DNA of 64,000 nt from Candidatus Nezhaarchaeales archaeon (GTDB taxonomy: Archaea; Thermoproteota; Methanomethylicia; Nezhaarchaeales; WYZ-LMO8). This document shows positions 19,742-30,061 of the stretch, one piece after another. A model generated the notes under the pieces. That model saw only the letters and a list, made by a program, of their open reading frames with translations, ran no database searches and was not told where the DNA came from. The position numbers were made by a program, and so were the translations under genes. The first letter of the stretch is position 1. Each line of letters begins with the position of its first letter. The DNA is taken from positions 160,001 to 224,000 of the forward strand of contig JAWAKK010000001.1 in the NCBI GenBank assembly GCA_038887515.1. The letters run 5' to 3'.

Positions 19742-20286
19742 ATTAGCCCTGCGAGAGAAGTCTTCTTAATCCTCGGTAGCTCAACCTTTAAGTTTACAAC
19801 GCCGCTAGCAGTTAGTTCTACAATGCCTAAGTCTAAAAGCTTAGCTAAAACGTTACTAGGGTTCTGCACCCCCATTCTCTTTAAGTCTAACATAAACCTT
19901 ATCTCTCCTACACTCCAATATTCGCCTAAGTACGCTAAGGCTTTCCTTAAATCCTCGTCAAGTCTCTCGACGTCTATGTCGAGCTTAGGCTTTTCTGAGA
20001 CCTTTACCTCTTTAACCTCTTTCTCCTCCTCTTTAACGGCTTCCGGCAAAGCTACAATTTTAGGCACTCGCCACATCATTAACTCGGGTAGCTCATCATA
20101 GCCTTCTAGCACTATGAGCTCTCCTCGGTCTATAAGGTCCTTTACGATGGCGTAAAGGACAAATGGTGAGCCTATCTCGGTAGTCTCTGCCCACTTTGCA
20201 AGTTCCCTGAAGGATACTTTGTTCTTCTCCTCTCTGATTTTCGCCTTAACCATTTCGGCTAAGGATGTAAAATTATCGTTCAACAA
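19738..20286 (-). CDS. Hypothetical protein, probable tandem winged-helix domains
   Basis: Two helical blocks ending in LI.RG.L and LL.LG.VE...SGVV, joined by a charged linker. Confidence 0.55.
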   Translation of the reverse strand: MLNDNFTSLAEMVKAKIREEKNKVSFRELAKWAETTEIGSPFVLYAIVKDLIDRGELIVLEGYDELPELMMWRVPKIVALPEAVKEEEKEVKEVKVSEKPKLDIDVERLDEDLRKALAYLGEYWSVGEIRFMLDLKRMGVQNPSNVLAKLLDLGIVELTASGVVNLKVELPRIKKTSLAGLI

Positions 20287-20296
20287 TTATCGCCCT

Positions 20297-21334
20297 TCAA
20301 GTTATGAGTAAGTCGAGCTTTCCTTCTTCGCAAGCCATTTTAATCTCTCTAGCGATCCTCCTTCCCATACTCATGGGCTCATCATAGGTAAGCCACGTGT
20401 AAGGCGAGCCGTGTATATATAGATTGGTTCCAGCCACGATCCTAGCCGAAAACTCGAAGACGTAGAAGTTTCCATAACCGTCGTATGAACCTTCAATGCA
20501 GAAAGGACCCACAAAACCTGGAGGGACCAATCTTTTCGATGCTTTAACTAGCCCTTCGCCTATCATGAACATCTCTTCAAGCAACGACTCTCTAAGTACT
20601 ATCGGTATGTTGCCCACGACTAAGAATGAAAGTTCAGGCTTTGTTTCTAACTGAAGCTCCGCTGGGAGTCTTCCAAGCCCGTCGGTGTTAGTCTCGTACC
20701 TTCTATCCATGCCGATAAGTTCAAGTTCGTCGGTTAATGGAGAATAAAAGAAGTGTACGTAGGCGGTGACGCCTAATATGTACTTTTGAATAAATACTTG
20801 GCTTTCGCTTAACCCTAACATCTTGATTTTCTCTCTTATCTCATCCGGTTTTGATGCGAGGAAGTAGCCTCTACCACCCTTAGCTCCCGGCAACTTAACT
20901 ATTACTGTACTATCAACATCATCGATATTTGAATAAGTCTTAGGTGTTTTAGCTCCGGCTTCGCGAATAAGCCTCTCTTTTAGCTCTCTGTCTGCCTCCC
21001 ACCTTAAGATGTACTTGTTGCCAAATATGGGGGCTTTGAACTTCTTCTCTATGGTTTCGAGGTCTACATACTCTACTAGTGAACCGTGAGGTACGAGGAT
21101 AGCGTTGAGCTCTAAGAGCTTATCCTGTACTTTTGGTAAAGCTGTCTCTGAAAAGTTTTCAACTATTATCATTTCGTCTATAAGCCTTTTAAACCGAGAA
21201 TATAGGCTTAGCCTGCTTTTAAGACATATTAAGGCCGTTTTGAAGCCTTCGTCTCTAGCCCCTTTAAGTATTTGCAGGGCCGAATGGGATCCCAGAGTTG
21301 CTATAGTAATATTCGACTCTTTCAAGGAAGTCAC
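20297..21334 (-). CDS. purP: PurP family (AICAR--formate ligase), ATP-grasp
   Basis: IATLGSHSALQI..GA..EGF, PHGS, GAKGGRGYF, FEFSARIVAGTN, MSMGRRIAREIK. Confidence 0.92.
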   Translation of the reverse strand: MTSLKESNITIATLGSHSALQILKGARDEGFKTALICLKSRLSLYSRFKRLIDEMIIVENFSETALPKVQDKLLELNAILVPHGSLVEYVDLETIEKKFKAPIFGNKYILRWEADRELKERLIREAGAKTPKTYSNIDDVDSTVIVKLPGAKGGRGYFLASKPDEIREKIKMLGLSESQVFIQKYILGVTAYVHFFYSPLTDELELIGMDRRYETNTDGLGRLPAELQLETKPELSFLVVGNIPIVLRESLLEEMFMIGEGLVKASKRLVPPGFVGPFCIEGSYDGYGNFYVFEFSARIVAGTNLYIHGSPYTWLTYDEPMSMGRRIAREIKMACEEGKLDLLIT

Positions 21335-21343
21335 CCAATAAGT

Positions 21344-22534
21344 CTACGTAACTATACAGGATAACCTGTTAAGGTTTACAGCCTTCTTGATCTCCATGGC
21401 TATTCTTCTGCCAGTCCCGACTACGAATCCATGCTTAAACTTGCTGTAGGGCGAGGTCGTTACGAGTACCGGGCTTCCTGGAACCCTGGGCGATACATCA
21501 AATATCACTATGTCTAAATCTACTGTGACCGCGCCCTGAAGAGCGAATGGGCCTATGATGCCTGGAGGGTACTCTTTCTTTGTGACTTCAACGAACCTTA
21601 ATCCTATTTCAAACACTTTTTCTAGTAGCGACTCTCTTATGGTTGCTGGCATGTGTCCCACCTCTATGTTCTGTAGAGGTATGTCGACGTCTAGTTGTTG
21701 ACGAGCGGGCATATTAACGAAGTCATACAAATTTGTTTGAAGCCTCCTATCAATGCCAAGGAACTCAAGCTCATCGTCTATTGGCGAGTAAAAGTAGTTA
21801 AAGTTGAAATAAGTTCCAATAACGAACTCTTCTATCACCGCGCACTTTAAGTCCTCCTCGGTTATAATTCCTTTTTCTATTCTTTCCTTAGCCTTGCGCC
21901 AAAAATCGTCGGGGTTCGAAGCCGTGAAGAAAGCCCTTTCAATTTTCCTCTTGGCCTCAGGGACTTTAACTATTACAAGTCTATCGATTTCTTCAGGGTC
22001 TTTAAACTTCTTAGGCTGTCTTATGTTCGCTTTTTCAAGTAGGTAGTACTGATTTCGGGGGGCCCATCTTTCCTCAGTTCTAAGCATCGCTCGGTTTCCA
22101 AAGATTGGTACGAAGAAACGTTCTTCTATGTCTTCGTAGGGTACGTAAGTAGTAAAGGCTCGATGGGGTATAAATACCGTATTTAACTCTCTCAGCTTCT
22201 CTTGAACATTAACATCAACTATCTGAGAAAACTTATCTAAGATTATAATTTCGTCGACTAGTCTCTTGTACATCAGATACGTTCTTTCTCTACCCTTCTG
22301 ACAAACGACTATAGTTCTAAAACCTTCATCTTTGGCTCCATCCATGACATCTAAAGCGGAGTGGCTCCCTAAAACCCCTACATGTATATTTTTTAAATCG
22401 TATTCTTCAACGATCTTTGATATCTCGCTTCTCGTTATCACTTGAGCCACCAAGGTAACATAAATTACCCTCACTTGATAAATTTTAGCGTTTATATTAG
22501 CTCTTGACGAAGAAAGAACAAAGAACCCCGTCAA
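21344..22534 (-). CDS. purP: PurP-like paralog; true start probably near 22452
   Basis: LGSHSALD..DGAKDEGF, EAKRKIERAFF, GIIGPFALQ, DVSPRVPG, GRRIAMEIK. Confidence 0.9.
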   Translation of the reverse strand: MTGFFVLSSSRANINAKIYQVRVIYVTLVAQVITRSEISKIVEEYDLKNIHVGVLGSHSALDVMDGAKDEGFRTIVVCQKGRERTYLMYKRLVDEIIILDKFSQIVDVNVQEKLRELNTVFIPHRAFTTYVPYEDIEERFFVPIFGNRAMLRTEERWAPRNQYYLLEKANIRQPKKFKDPEEIDRLVIVKVPEAKRKIERAFFTASNPDDFWRKAKERIEKGIITEEDLKCAVIEEFVIGTYFNFNYFYSPIDDELEFLGIDRRLQTNLYDFVNMPARQQLDVDIPLQNIEVGHMPATIRESLLEKVFEIGLRFVEVTKKEYPPGIIGPFALQGAVTVDLDIVIFDVSPRVPGSPVLVTTSPYSKFKHGFVVGTGRRIAMEIKKAVNLNRLSCIVT

Positions 22535-22596
22535 TCCATATCAAAAATTAAAGTATTTTAATCAATAAGGCGTATAACCTCTTATCGTGACCCGAG

Positions 22597-23205
22597 TTGA
22601 GCGTAGCAATCGAGATCCTACATCAATACTTTACGGCTTTTACCATGTTGTTTGTAGTATTCGATGCCGTTGGGAATGTCCCCATTTTTTACGCCCTAAC
22701 TGAAGGACTTGAAATTAAAGAACGAAGAAAGACCATTCAGAATTCAGTCATTATAGCTGGAGTCATATTGTTGTTCTTCTCGCTCGGCGGAAAGTTTCTC
22801 CTAAACTTCTTTCATGTAAGTCTTAATGATTTTAGAATAGCTGGAGGAATAATACTTCTCATAGTTGCCATCGAGGGTCTGCTCGGCAGAGTTGAAGCCA
22901 TGAAGATAAAGTCGGAGCAACTAGCCGTGGTACCGCTGGCTACCCCACTCCTTGCAGGTCCTGGAAGCATCTCGCTAGTAATATACATGATGGAAGCTGG
23001 TTATGGTATAGGACCGACAATAACGTCTATATTAGCTAATGTAGCGATAGCATGGGTCGTACTGACGTACTGTGACAAGTTCTTTAAGGTTCTCGGTAAA
23101 AATGGTTCTCTAGTAATATCTAGAATCATGGCCCTAATATTAGCAGCTATAGCGATAGCAATGATAAGAGAAGGGATCATAGGGGCTCTAGCTAGCCAGT
23201 CTTGA
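22597..23205 (+). CDS. MarC family membrane protein
   Basis: D..GNVPIF, FRIAGG..L, VPLATPLLAGPGSI, RIM.LILAAIA. Confidence 0.92.
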   Translation: MSVAIEILHQYFTAFTMLFVVFDAVGNVPIFYALTEGLEIKERRKTIQNSVIIAGVILLFFSLGGKFLLNFFHVSLNDFRIAGGIILLIVAIEGLLGRVEAMKIKSEQLAVVPLATPLLAGPGSISLVIYMMEAGYGIGPTITSILANVAIAWVVLTYCDKFFKVLGKNGSLVISRIMALILAAIAIAMIREGIIGALASQS

Positions 23206-24259
23206 TCAACTTGTAGGTCCGCGAGCCTAGACCGAGACTTTCTGCATACTCTAACTGTTTTTCTCCACTAATACCATTAGCTTCAAAGAACGGGTTTCTT
23301 CCTCCAGCAACTTTCAGGACGAGGTCTAGGGATGCTTGATCGATAGCTACTGGGTCTACGCTTGATAGTAATCCAACATCGCTTACGAGGGGTGGCATTA
23401 AGCAACCAACGCAGTCGCACCTTGCAGTTACGTTAATTATGGCGTTAAGGTACAAGGGCTTACACTTTAGAGCTCTAAGCACCGCTAAAGCCGCATCCGC
23501 GAGTCTCATTTGCAACCTGTTGAGCCCTTGGCTTGGGATGCTCAACGCTTTATTGGGACACGTAAAGTAACATTCTAAACATCCTACGCAACTCTCGTAG
23601 TTTATTCTCGCTTTCCCTCCCTCCACATCTATAGCCTTGTACATACATTCCTTAACGCATAGGCCGCAACCAACACAAACCTCTTCTAACACTATAGGCA
23701 TGTGAGCTCTATGTTGAGCTGCTTTACCCTTCTTGGTCGTGCACCCCATAGCCAAATTTTTAATTGCTCCACCAAACCCGGTTAGTAAGTGGCCTTTGAA
23801 GTGGGAGAAAACTATTAATGAGTCAAGCTCTCTTAACACCTCAGCAACTTCTACTTCGCTAAGTTCGAGTCCATCAATCTTGACAGTAAAGCCGTTGTCG
23901 CCCTTAATGCCATCACCTATGACGATAGGAGCACCAAGGGACGAGTAGTTAAAGCCCTTCTTAGCGGCTAAGTTTAGATAGCTCACTCCATTATTTCTCG
24001 GACCTGAGTATAAGCTCGTAGTGTCGAATACTAATGGTTCACAACCTCTTTTCTTTATAAAGTCTACTACGTACCTAACAAATTCGGGTCTCAAATGAGT
24101 GATGTTTCCCTCTTCGCCCATGTGAATCTTGATTCCAACAATCCCTTTGAGGGGTTCCTCCTCCGAAACCCTCTCTAATAGCAGTTCTATGACCTCTTTA
24201 ATATTGAGGAATTCCTTGTCTTTAAAGTCGTAGAAGTATACTTTAGGGTCTTTTCTCAT
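23192..24259 (-). CDS. DUF362 Fe-S protein with 2x[4Fe-4S] ferredoxin insert
   Basis: KIHMGE.GN, HFKGH...GFGGAIKNLAMGC, two CxxCxxCxxxC motifs, CDC, DPVAIDQA. Confidence 0.88.
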   Translation of the reverse strand: MRKDPKVYFYDFKDKEFLNIKEVIELLLERVSEEEPLKGIVGIKIHMGEEGNITHLRPEFVRYVVDFIKKRGCEPLVFDTTSLYSGPRNNGVSYLNLAAKKGFNYSSLGAPIVIGDGIKGDNGFTVKIDGLELSEVEVAEVLRELDSLIVFSHFKGHLLTGFGGAIKNLAMGCTTKKGKAAQHRAHMPIVLEEVCVGCGLCVKECMYKAIDVEGGKARINYESCVGCLECYFTCPNKALSIPSQGLNRLQMRLADAALAVLRALKCKPLYLNAIINVTARCDCVGCLMPPLVSDVGLLSSVDPVAIDQASLDLVLKVAGGRNPFFEANGISGEKQLEYAESLGLGSRTYKLIKTG

Positions 24260-24391
24260 TTTCTCACACTCTAAACCATAATTTTAAGGGGTAAACTCTA
24301 CCAATAAAGAGTTTAGTAAAAAAATAAACGCAACTACAGTTAAGTTAGGGCCCCCAATATCTAAATCATATATCAATGTCGACTCAGAAGG

Positions 24392-24586
24392 TTGTGGCTA
24401 GACATGAATTACGAAGAAAAGAAGAGGAGCATTAGATCAATAAGGTCTCAAATGAAGAAAGCTGTTTATGAGCTGAAAAATGCCCTAATTAATGGGTACG
24501 ATACTGCTGAAATAGAAGAGGAGCTCCTTAGGCTAGCGAAGTCTAAGTACGAGATATCTCAAAGAGTTAGATTTCGATCGTATTGA
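24392..24586 (+). CDS. Small hypothetical helical protein
   Basis: 64-aa ORF in the gap before the PHP gene, same strand. Confidence 0.5.
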   Translation: MWLDMNYEEKKRSIRSIRSQMKKAVYELKNALINGYDTAEIEEELLRLAKSKYEISQRVRFRSY

Positions 24587-24605
24587 CGTGTACGAATGAG
24601 GTAGT

Positions 24606-25262
24606 ATGGCGAGGGTCATGATAAGAGCCGACCTCCATGTTCATAGCTATAACTCTAAGGACTCCCTCTTGAAACCTCGTGATATCGTAAAGTCAGCAAT
24701 GAAAATAGGGGTTAACTGTATTGCAGTTACGGATCACGACACCGTTAAAGGTGGTCTTGAGCTAGTTAAAGAAGCAAGGTGCCTACATGACTTTATAGCA
24801 ATACCTGGAATAGAAATAAAAACTGAAGTAGGCGATGTAATTCTTCTATTCGTGAGGGAAGAAGTAAAGGCCAGGAAGTTCGATGAAGTCGTTGACTATG
24901 CGAAGAGCGTCAATGCCATAACGATACTTGCACATCCCTTTAGGAAACACGTTATGATTGAAAAGTCAGCGCTAAAAGTTCAAGCGATTGAGGTCTTGAA
25001 TGCCCGATGCGATAAGTATGCGAACTCTAAGGCCCGGTACTTAGCTATGAGACTGGGTAAACCTACAACTGCAGGGAGTGATGCTCATACGGCTTTTGAA
25101 ATAGGTAGAGCTGTGACTGTAATTGAAGGTTCATGTGAAGACGACGTTAGAGAAGGCATAATTAAAGGAAGGACGAGGATTTATGGTTCGGAGTCCAGTC
25201 CCATAGTCCACCTATTCAGCTTCACAAATAAGATCGTAAATAAATTGATGGGGAGGTACTGA
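24606..25262 (+). CDS. PHP-domain metal-dependent phosphoesterase
   Basis: DLHVHS, AVTDHD, GIE, AHPF, GSDAH. Confidence 0.92.
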   Translation: MARVMIRADLHVHSYNSKDSLLKPRDIVKSAMKIGVNCIAVTDHDTVKGGLELVKEARCLHDFIAIPGIEIKTEVGDVILLFVREEVKARKFDEVVDYAKSVNAITILAHPFRKHVMIEKSALKVQAIEVLNARCDKYANSKARYLAMRLGKPTTAGSDAHTAFEIGRAVTVIEGSCEDDVREGIIKGRTRIYGSESSPIVHLFSFTNKIVNKLMGRY

Positions 25263-25264
25263 AA

Positions 25265-25957
25265 CTACAATCCGATGTCGAGTTCCTGTCCAGGTATAAG
25301 AACCCTAACCTTAACCTCCGGAGCTACGATTCCGGCGGTGTACACGAATTCGTCCGCGCTTTTAACCAATGTGGGGAAGGTAGCATAGTGCATCGGTATA
25401 GCTAGTTTTGGCTTCAAGACTTAAAGTGCTAGGGCTGCTTCTTTAGGTCCCATGGTGTAGTGCCCTCCTATAGGTATCAACACTACATCGGGGTCGAACA
25501 CCTCTTTAATTGCTTGAAATTCTGATGTAAAGCCTGTGTCACCCATGTGGTATATCTTTAAACCATTAACATTTAATATCACGCCTACGGGCTCGCCGAT
25601 GCCACATGTATGAGTGGCTGGGACAAAGGCAACTTTAAATAGTCCGTTTACGTCGACGAATGACCCCATATTTAAAGCAAAAACTCTTAATCCCTTCCCT
25701 TCCATTGTTAAGACGAGCTCTGGGATGCCTATTACTATTGAGTTGAAGTTTTTAGCTATATGCTCTGCATCACCCATATGGTCGTAGTGATCGTGAGTTA
25801 CAACTATGAAGTCCACGCTCTCTAAATCCTCAATCCTTATGGGGGATACAGGGTTACCAGATATCCAAGGATCTATAAGGAGCCTTTTACCCTTGAACGC
25901 AAGCATGAAAGTTGCATGTCCAAGCCACTTGATCTTAACGATCACGATAACCACCAA
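25265..25957 (-). pseudogene. UPF0173 metallo-beta-lactamase-fold hydrolase interrupted by one in-frame TAA (25421-25423)
   Basis: WLGHA, IDPW, THDHYDH, YHMGDT, PIGGHYTMGP; the frame continues after TAA as VLKPKLAIPMHYATFP...PGQELDIGL* to 25265. Confidence 0.85.
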
Positions 25958-25986
25958 AATTAATTTCTTGTTCTGGGTACAATATT

Positions 25987-26571
25987 TTATCTCCTTCTTA
26001 TGAAACCGATACTGGCCAACAAGTTCCCAAGAAAGTTCAAAGCAATAGCCGATATCAGCGAAAGTTCAAAGGTCGTTAATATGATCGAAAAGCCCGATGG
26101 AGTGATTACGGGGCTTCTACTGGCAGAAAGTACGAGTAGCGAAGCAGCGAAGAAAGTCACTATTACTGCGAATGCGAAGGAAGTAGCAGCACACCTGAAG
26201 AGGGCTATGTCGTACTTCCTGCCTAAATTAAAAAGCGCGGTCATCAGTAGACCGTAAGTTGCAATGCCGACTACGAAGGTTATTGATACAATAGGTGCAA
26301 GCCCCCTGCTCAAGTAATCGTAAAAAGGCCTATTAGGGGTTATAAACCAGAGTTGCCATAATATCGCACCAAGCAACAAGCTAAAGACTATAAGCGTGGG
26401 GCCCACGATGTACCTAAACTTACTTCTTGAAGACAACCACCCTAAACCAACAACCAACAGCCCTATACACGCAATCATTGGATGAGGGGCCGCCATAAAC
26501 ATGTGCCCTACGAATAGCATACGTTTAGATCTCTTGCTGAAGGACCTTTCAAAGTCCTCGCTACAACTCAA
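25987..26571 (-). CDS. Membrane protein, DUF996-like
   Basis: About 5 TM segments; L..LGRKYD..LF..AA pattern. Confidence 0.5.
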   Translation of the reverse strand: MSCSEDFERSFSKRSKRMLFVGHMFMAAPHPMIACIGLLVVGLGWLSSRSKFRYIVGPTLIVFSLLLGAILWQLWFITPNRPFYDYLSRGLAPIVSITFVVGIATYGLLMTALFNLGRKYDIALFRCAATSFAFAVIVTFFAASLLVLSASRSPVITPSGFSIILTTFELSLISAIALNFLGNLLASIGFIRRR

Positions 26572-26689
26572 GACTATCAGCTCTTATCGGTATGTAGACT
26601 CTGATTTTATAATTATTAAAGCTATTCTTTCGTCCAACTCTCAACTATAATTTAAGGGACATGAAAAAATGAAGTTGTCCTCGTAATCG

Positions 26690-27916
26690 TTATTTATTTG
26701 TAGTCCAAATTACGAGGGCGTTCGAAGCACCCTTTGGAATCCAGTAGCCAACTATCTTAAGTCTGTACGTGTCCTCCAAGGTTTTAGCGACTTCTAGTAT
26801 CGCATACTCTTGAATTGCGTTTCCGGAGGAATCCAAAATTACTCGTCCGCCAACTCCATTAAAGAAGCAACCTGTAACATTAAATGCAGCCCTTACGGAT
26901 TTACCGCTATACTGACCAGAGTAAGCTACGCTTAGAGCTGTAAGAATTAACGAGTCAAAACCGTAAGCAGCCATTTCAGTAGGCATTGTACCATAAACTT
27001 TATTGTAGAGGTCTACGAAGCTTTGGAGTTGCAATCCTTCAACAGCCATACGTCTCGCTAAGACGTAGGAGCCCTCTAGGTAGTGGGCCACTTCATCTTT
27101 AAGTAGCTTCTCGCTAGCGAGAGTGCTCGATAGTACCCATTTGGTCGTGAGCCCAAGTCTATACGCACTACTTAATATTGTTCGTGCATCGTCAAGGTAC
27201 CCGACTAAAAACGAAACTGTGGGCTCTATTTCCCTTATTTTCATCAAATCGTTCGTTAAATTCGCAGGGGCTAGATCGTAAAGTACCTCGTATACTACAT
27301 GCCCCCCACGTGATCGGTAATATTCACTAATTACACTCGCAACTCTCTTTCCAAGCGAATCGTTAACAGCCACAATCGCAGCTTTAGTACCAATACTTAA
27401 AGCCACGTTAACCATTGCTAGAGCCTCGGAATCAGGGCTTCCAGAGAACTTAACTACCATCTCGTCTTTGTAGACTTCGTCGTCGTATACCTCTTTGGAG
27501 ACAAGTACTAGCAGTACATTATTTTCATGCAGCAATGGTAATATTGCCTTGACTTCAGAACTAGAGAGTACCCCTACCAGGACTTTAATACCCTTATTCA
27601 CAAGGTTCGTGGCTGCGCTCTTTGCTAAAGTTGGATCACCATTTGTCCTTTCAATTATGGTGGTGATGTTCCTTGCGGATACGCCACCACTATTGTTTAT
27701 CATGCTAGTTGCTAGCTGAATACCCCTTAATGCGTCTTCCGAGCCTGCTATGTTCGATATTAGGACGCCAATCTCTATGCTTGGAGGCAAAGCCTTGGCG
27801 TTCTCGAATCCTTGATGAAGACCAGAGTAATACCCACCGTAGGCTGATAGTATTGCTATTATTATGATTATTGCAATCCAAACACCTATGCCAATGCCCT
27901 TTGAAGATGCTTTCAA
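26690..27916 (-). CDS. Branched-chain amino acid (LivJ/K-like) ABC substrate-binding protein with N-terminal membrane anchor
   Basis: N-terminal TM, IEIGVL, G..LA...IN..GG, AAYGFD, F.GVGG.V..D..G. Confidence 0.8.
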   Translation of the reverse strand: MKASSKGIGIGVWIAIIIIIAILSAYGGYYSGLHQGFENAKALPPSIEIGVLISNIAGSEDALRGIQLATSMINNSGGVSARNITTIIERTNGDPTLAKSAATNLVNKGIKVLVGVLSSSEVKAILPLLHENNVLLVLVSKEVYDDEVYKDEMVVKFSGSPDSEALAMVNVALSIGTKAAIVAVNDSLGKRVASVISEYYRSRGGHVVYEVLYDLAPANLTNDLMKIREIEPTVSFLVGYLDDARTILSSAYRLGLTTKWVLSSTLASEKLLKDEVAHYLEGSYVLARRMAVEGLQLQSFVDLYNKVYGTMPTEMAAYGFDSLILTALSVAYSGQYSGKSVRAAFNVTGCFFNGVGGRVILDSSGNAIQEYAILEVAKTLEDTYRLKIVGYWIPKGASNALVIWTTNK

Positions 27917-28038
27917 ACGTTAAACCCCCTCAAGGTTCAGATACTGCTCGATAAATGGTTTTTAACTCTTATACTTTTCGTGTGAAGAGGCTTAAAAGTT
28001 ATATTGGCATTGAACACTTGAAGTAATGGTGTCCAAGT

Positions 28039-29304
28039 TTGAAGAAGTTGCTTTATGTAGTTCTCGACGGCATAGGCGATAGGCCTAATCCACAACTTGG
28101 AGGTAAGACGCCTCTACAATATGCTAGCAAACCGAACATGGACTACCTGGCTAGGGTTGGCGTAACGGGCTTAGTATACGCCGTCGATAGGGGGGTGGCC
28201 CCAGAATCAGACGTTGCGGTTCTAAGCATTTTAGGGTACGATCCATTCAAATACCACGTTGGCAGAGGGGCCCTAGAAGCATTGGGGGCTGGCCTAGAAT
28301 TCGATGATGGTTGGCTCGCACTAAGGTGTAACTTTGCCACTGTAGATAAAGATCTCAAGATACTGGATAGGAGATGTGGTAGGACGTTAACAACCTTGGA
28401 GGCTATCGAGCTTGCAAAGGCAATAAACGAAGAAGTTAAGCTCGACAATGCAGTTTTCACTTTTAGGAGCACAATTGGACATCGAGGGGTTTTGGTAATA
28501 AGGCGACTTGACGGCCCTCTTTCAAGTAATATAACAAATACGGACCCGGCATACGATAAAGTTGGGGAACTGGGTATAGCCAAGGCGGGCACCGAGATGG
28601 TGATCTCCGAGTGTAAACCCCTCAATGATAGTCCTGATGCCATAATTGCGGCTAAGTTAGTCAATGAGTTTACAAAAAAAGCCGTCGAAGTATTAGACAA
28701 ACATCCGATAAATCTCGAGAGAAGGCGTAAGGGTCTCTTGCCGGCCAATGCAATTTTATGTAGAGATGCAAGCCATAAGAGACCGAGGCTGAAGCCGCTT
28801 GCTGATCTATACGGGTTAAGGATGGCATGTTTAGCCGAGATGCCAGTCGAGAGGGGAATAGCTATGGCCGCAAGCATGGATATAGTCCCCATTCCGCCTA
28901 TGATCGGTAACGCAGAAGTTGACTATAGGCTTAGGGCTGAAAGCACCCTTGAAGCTTTAATCAAATATGACGGAGTTTATGTTCACTTAAAGGGCCCCGA
29001 CGAGCCCGGACATGATGGTGACCCAATACGCAAGGTAAAATCAATCGAAGACATAGACAGGTCCTTCTTTAGCATAGTAGTTGAGAATGTAGACCTTGAG
29101 GATGTAACAATGGTTGTAACATCTGATCACGCAACACCTTGCACCTTAAGATCTCATTCCGACGATCCTGTTCCCATACTCGTAGCCGGAGGGAACATAG
29201 AACCTGACGAAGTAAAAGAGTTCGACGAAGTTGCTTGCAGGAGAGGGGCTCTAGGAGTTATGAAGGGTGTCGAGATAATGCCCACGATAGTGAAAATGTT
29301 ATGA
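28039..29304 (+). CDS. apgM: 2,3-bisphosphoglycerate-independent phosphoglycerate mutase (archaeal type)
   Basis: LDGIGDRP...GKTPL, PESD.A, GRG.LEA.G, HLKGPDE.GHDG, TSDHATP, HS.DPVP. Confidence 0.9.
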   Translation: MKKLLYVVLDGIGDRPNPQLGGKTPLQYASKPNMDYLARVGVTGLVYAVDRGVAPESDVAVLSILGYDPFKYHVGRGALEALGAGLEFDDGWLALRCNFATVDKDLKILDRRCGRTLTTLEAIELAKAINEEVKLDNAVFTFRSTIGHRGVLVIRRLDGPLSSNITNTDPAYDKVGELGIAKAGTEMVISECKPLNDSPDAIIAAKLVNEFTKKAVEVLDKHPINLERRRKGLLPANAILCRDASHKRPRLKPLADLYGLRMACLAEMPVERGIAMAASMDIVPIPPMIGNAEVDYRLRAESTLEALIKYDGVYVHLKGPDEPGHDGDPIRKVKSIEDIDRSFFSIVVENVDLEDVTMVVTSDHATPCTLRSHSDDPVPILVAGGNIEPDEVKEFDEVACRRGALGVMKGVEIMPTIVKML

Positions 29305-29378
29305 AGGTGGGATCCATTGCACGAGCTTAACACGACTAAGGTCTCTACTGCTACTAGATTTTTCGAGGAAAACTAATT

Positions 29379-29924
29379 TTGTTTTGCGCCATTACTGATA
29401 CGGAGGCGGAGTATTTGAGTAAAATAGGGTTAAGGGTTGGAGAAGCGCTTGTAGGCGACGGAGTCGAGGTAGCCCACGTAGATTTGATAATGGGCGACAA
29501 AGAAGGTCCCGCTGGTGTAGGGTTCGCCTTTGGTTTAGCACATCAAAGTTATGGTCACACGAAACTCTTTGCGGTTTTAACTCCAAACCTTCTAGCTAAG
29601 CCGGTTACACTAATAGTACCGAAGGTAACCATAAAGAACATGATTCAAGCTGAGTTAATATTTGGGCCTGTTCAATTTGCCGTGGCGAAAGCCGTTGTAG
29701 ACAGTGTAGCTGAAGGAGTGATACCTAAAGAACTAGTTGAAGAGGTAGTGGTTATATGTGGTGTATTTGTACATCCTGCAGCTAAAGACAAGGACAAGGT
29801 CTTCAAATACAATTACGAGGCCACTAAACTAGCCATAAAGAGAGCTATGGCTGGGGAACCTAGGATAAACGAACTGCTCGATAAAAAGGATGAGGCAACA
29901 CATCCACTCTATAGAACTCCCTGA
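29379..29924 (+). CDS. fae: Formaldehyde-activating enzyme, stand-alone; likely start TTG 29415
   Basis: GEALVG.G.E.AH.DL, GHT, PKVTIK, FGP.Q.AVA.AV.D.V..G.IP, F.HP.A, NY.ATK.A...A, HP. Confidence 0.93.
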   Translation: MFCAITDTEAEYLSKIGLRVGEALVGDGVEVAHVDLIMGDKEGPAGVGFAFGLAHQSYGHTKLFAVLTPNLLAKPVTLIVPKVTIKNMIQAELIFGPVQFAVAKAVVDSVAEGVIPKELVEEVVVICGVFVHPAAKDKDKVFKYNYEATKLAIKRAMAGEPRINELLDKKDEATHPLYRTP

Positions 29925-30061
29925 AGTCCTCATTTTTTATTGTAAGTACGATCTCGAAGACTGTGGCAACTTAAATAGAACGAGGTCCTTTTTAGTGATA
30001 GTTAAAGAGCGAAGTGAATAAGACCATATTATCATTATGAAAGACAGTAGAGGGGAAGCTC

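Noticed and set aside
28143-28892. 249-aa antisense ORF
   Set aside because: Shadow of apgM on the opposite strand; Ser/Leu-rich with no motifs
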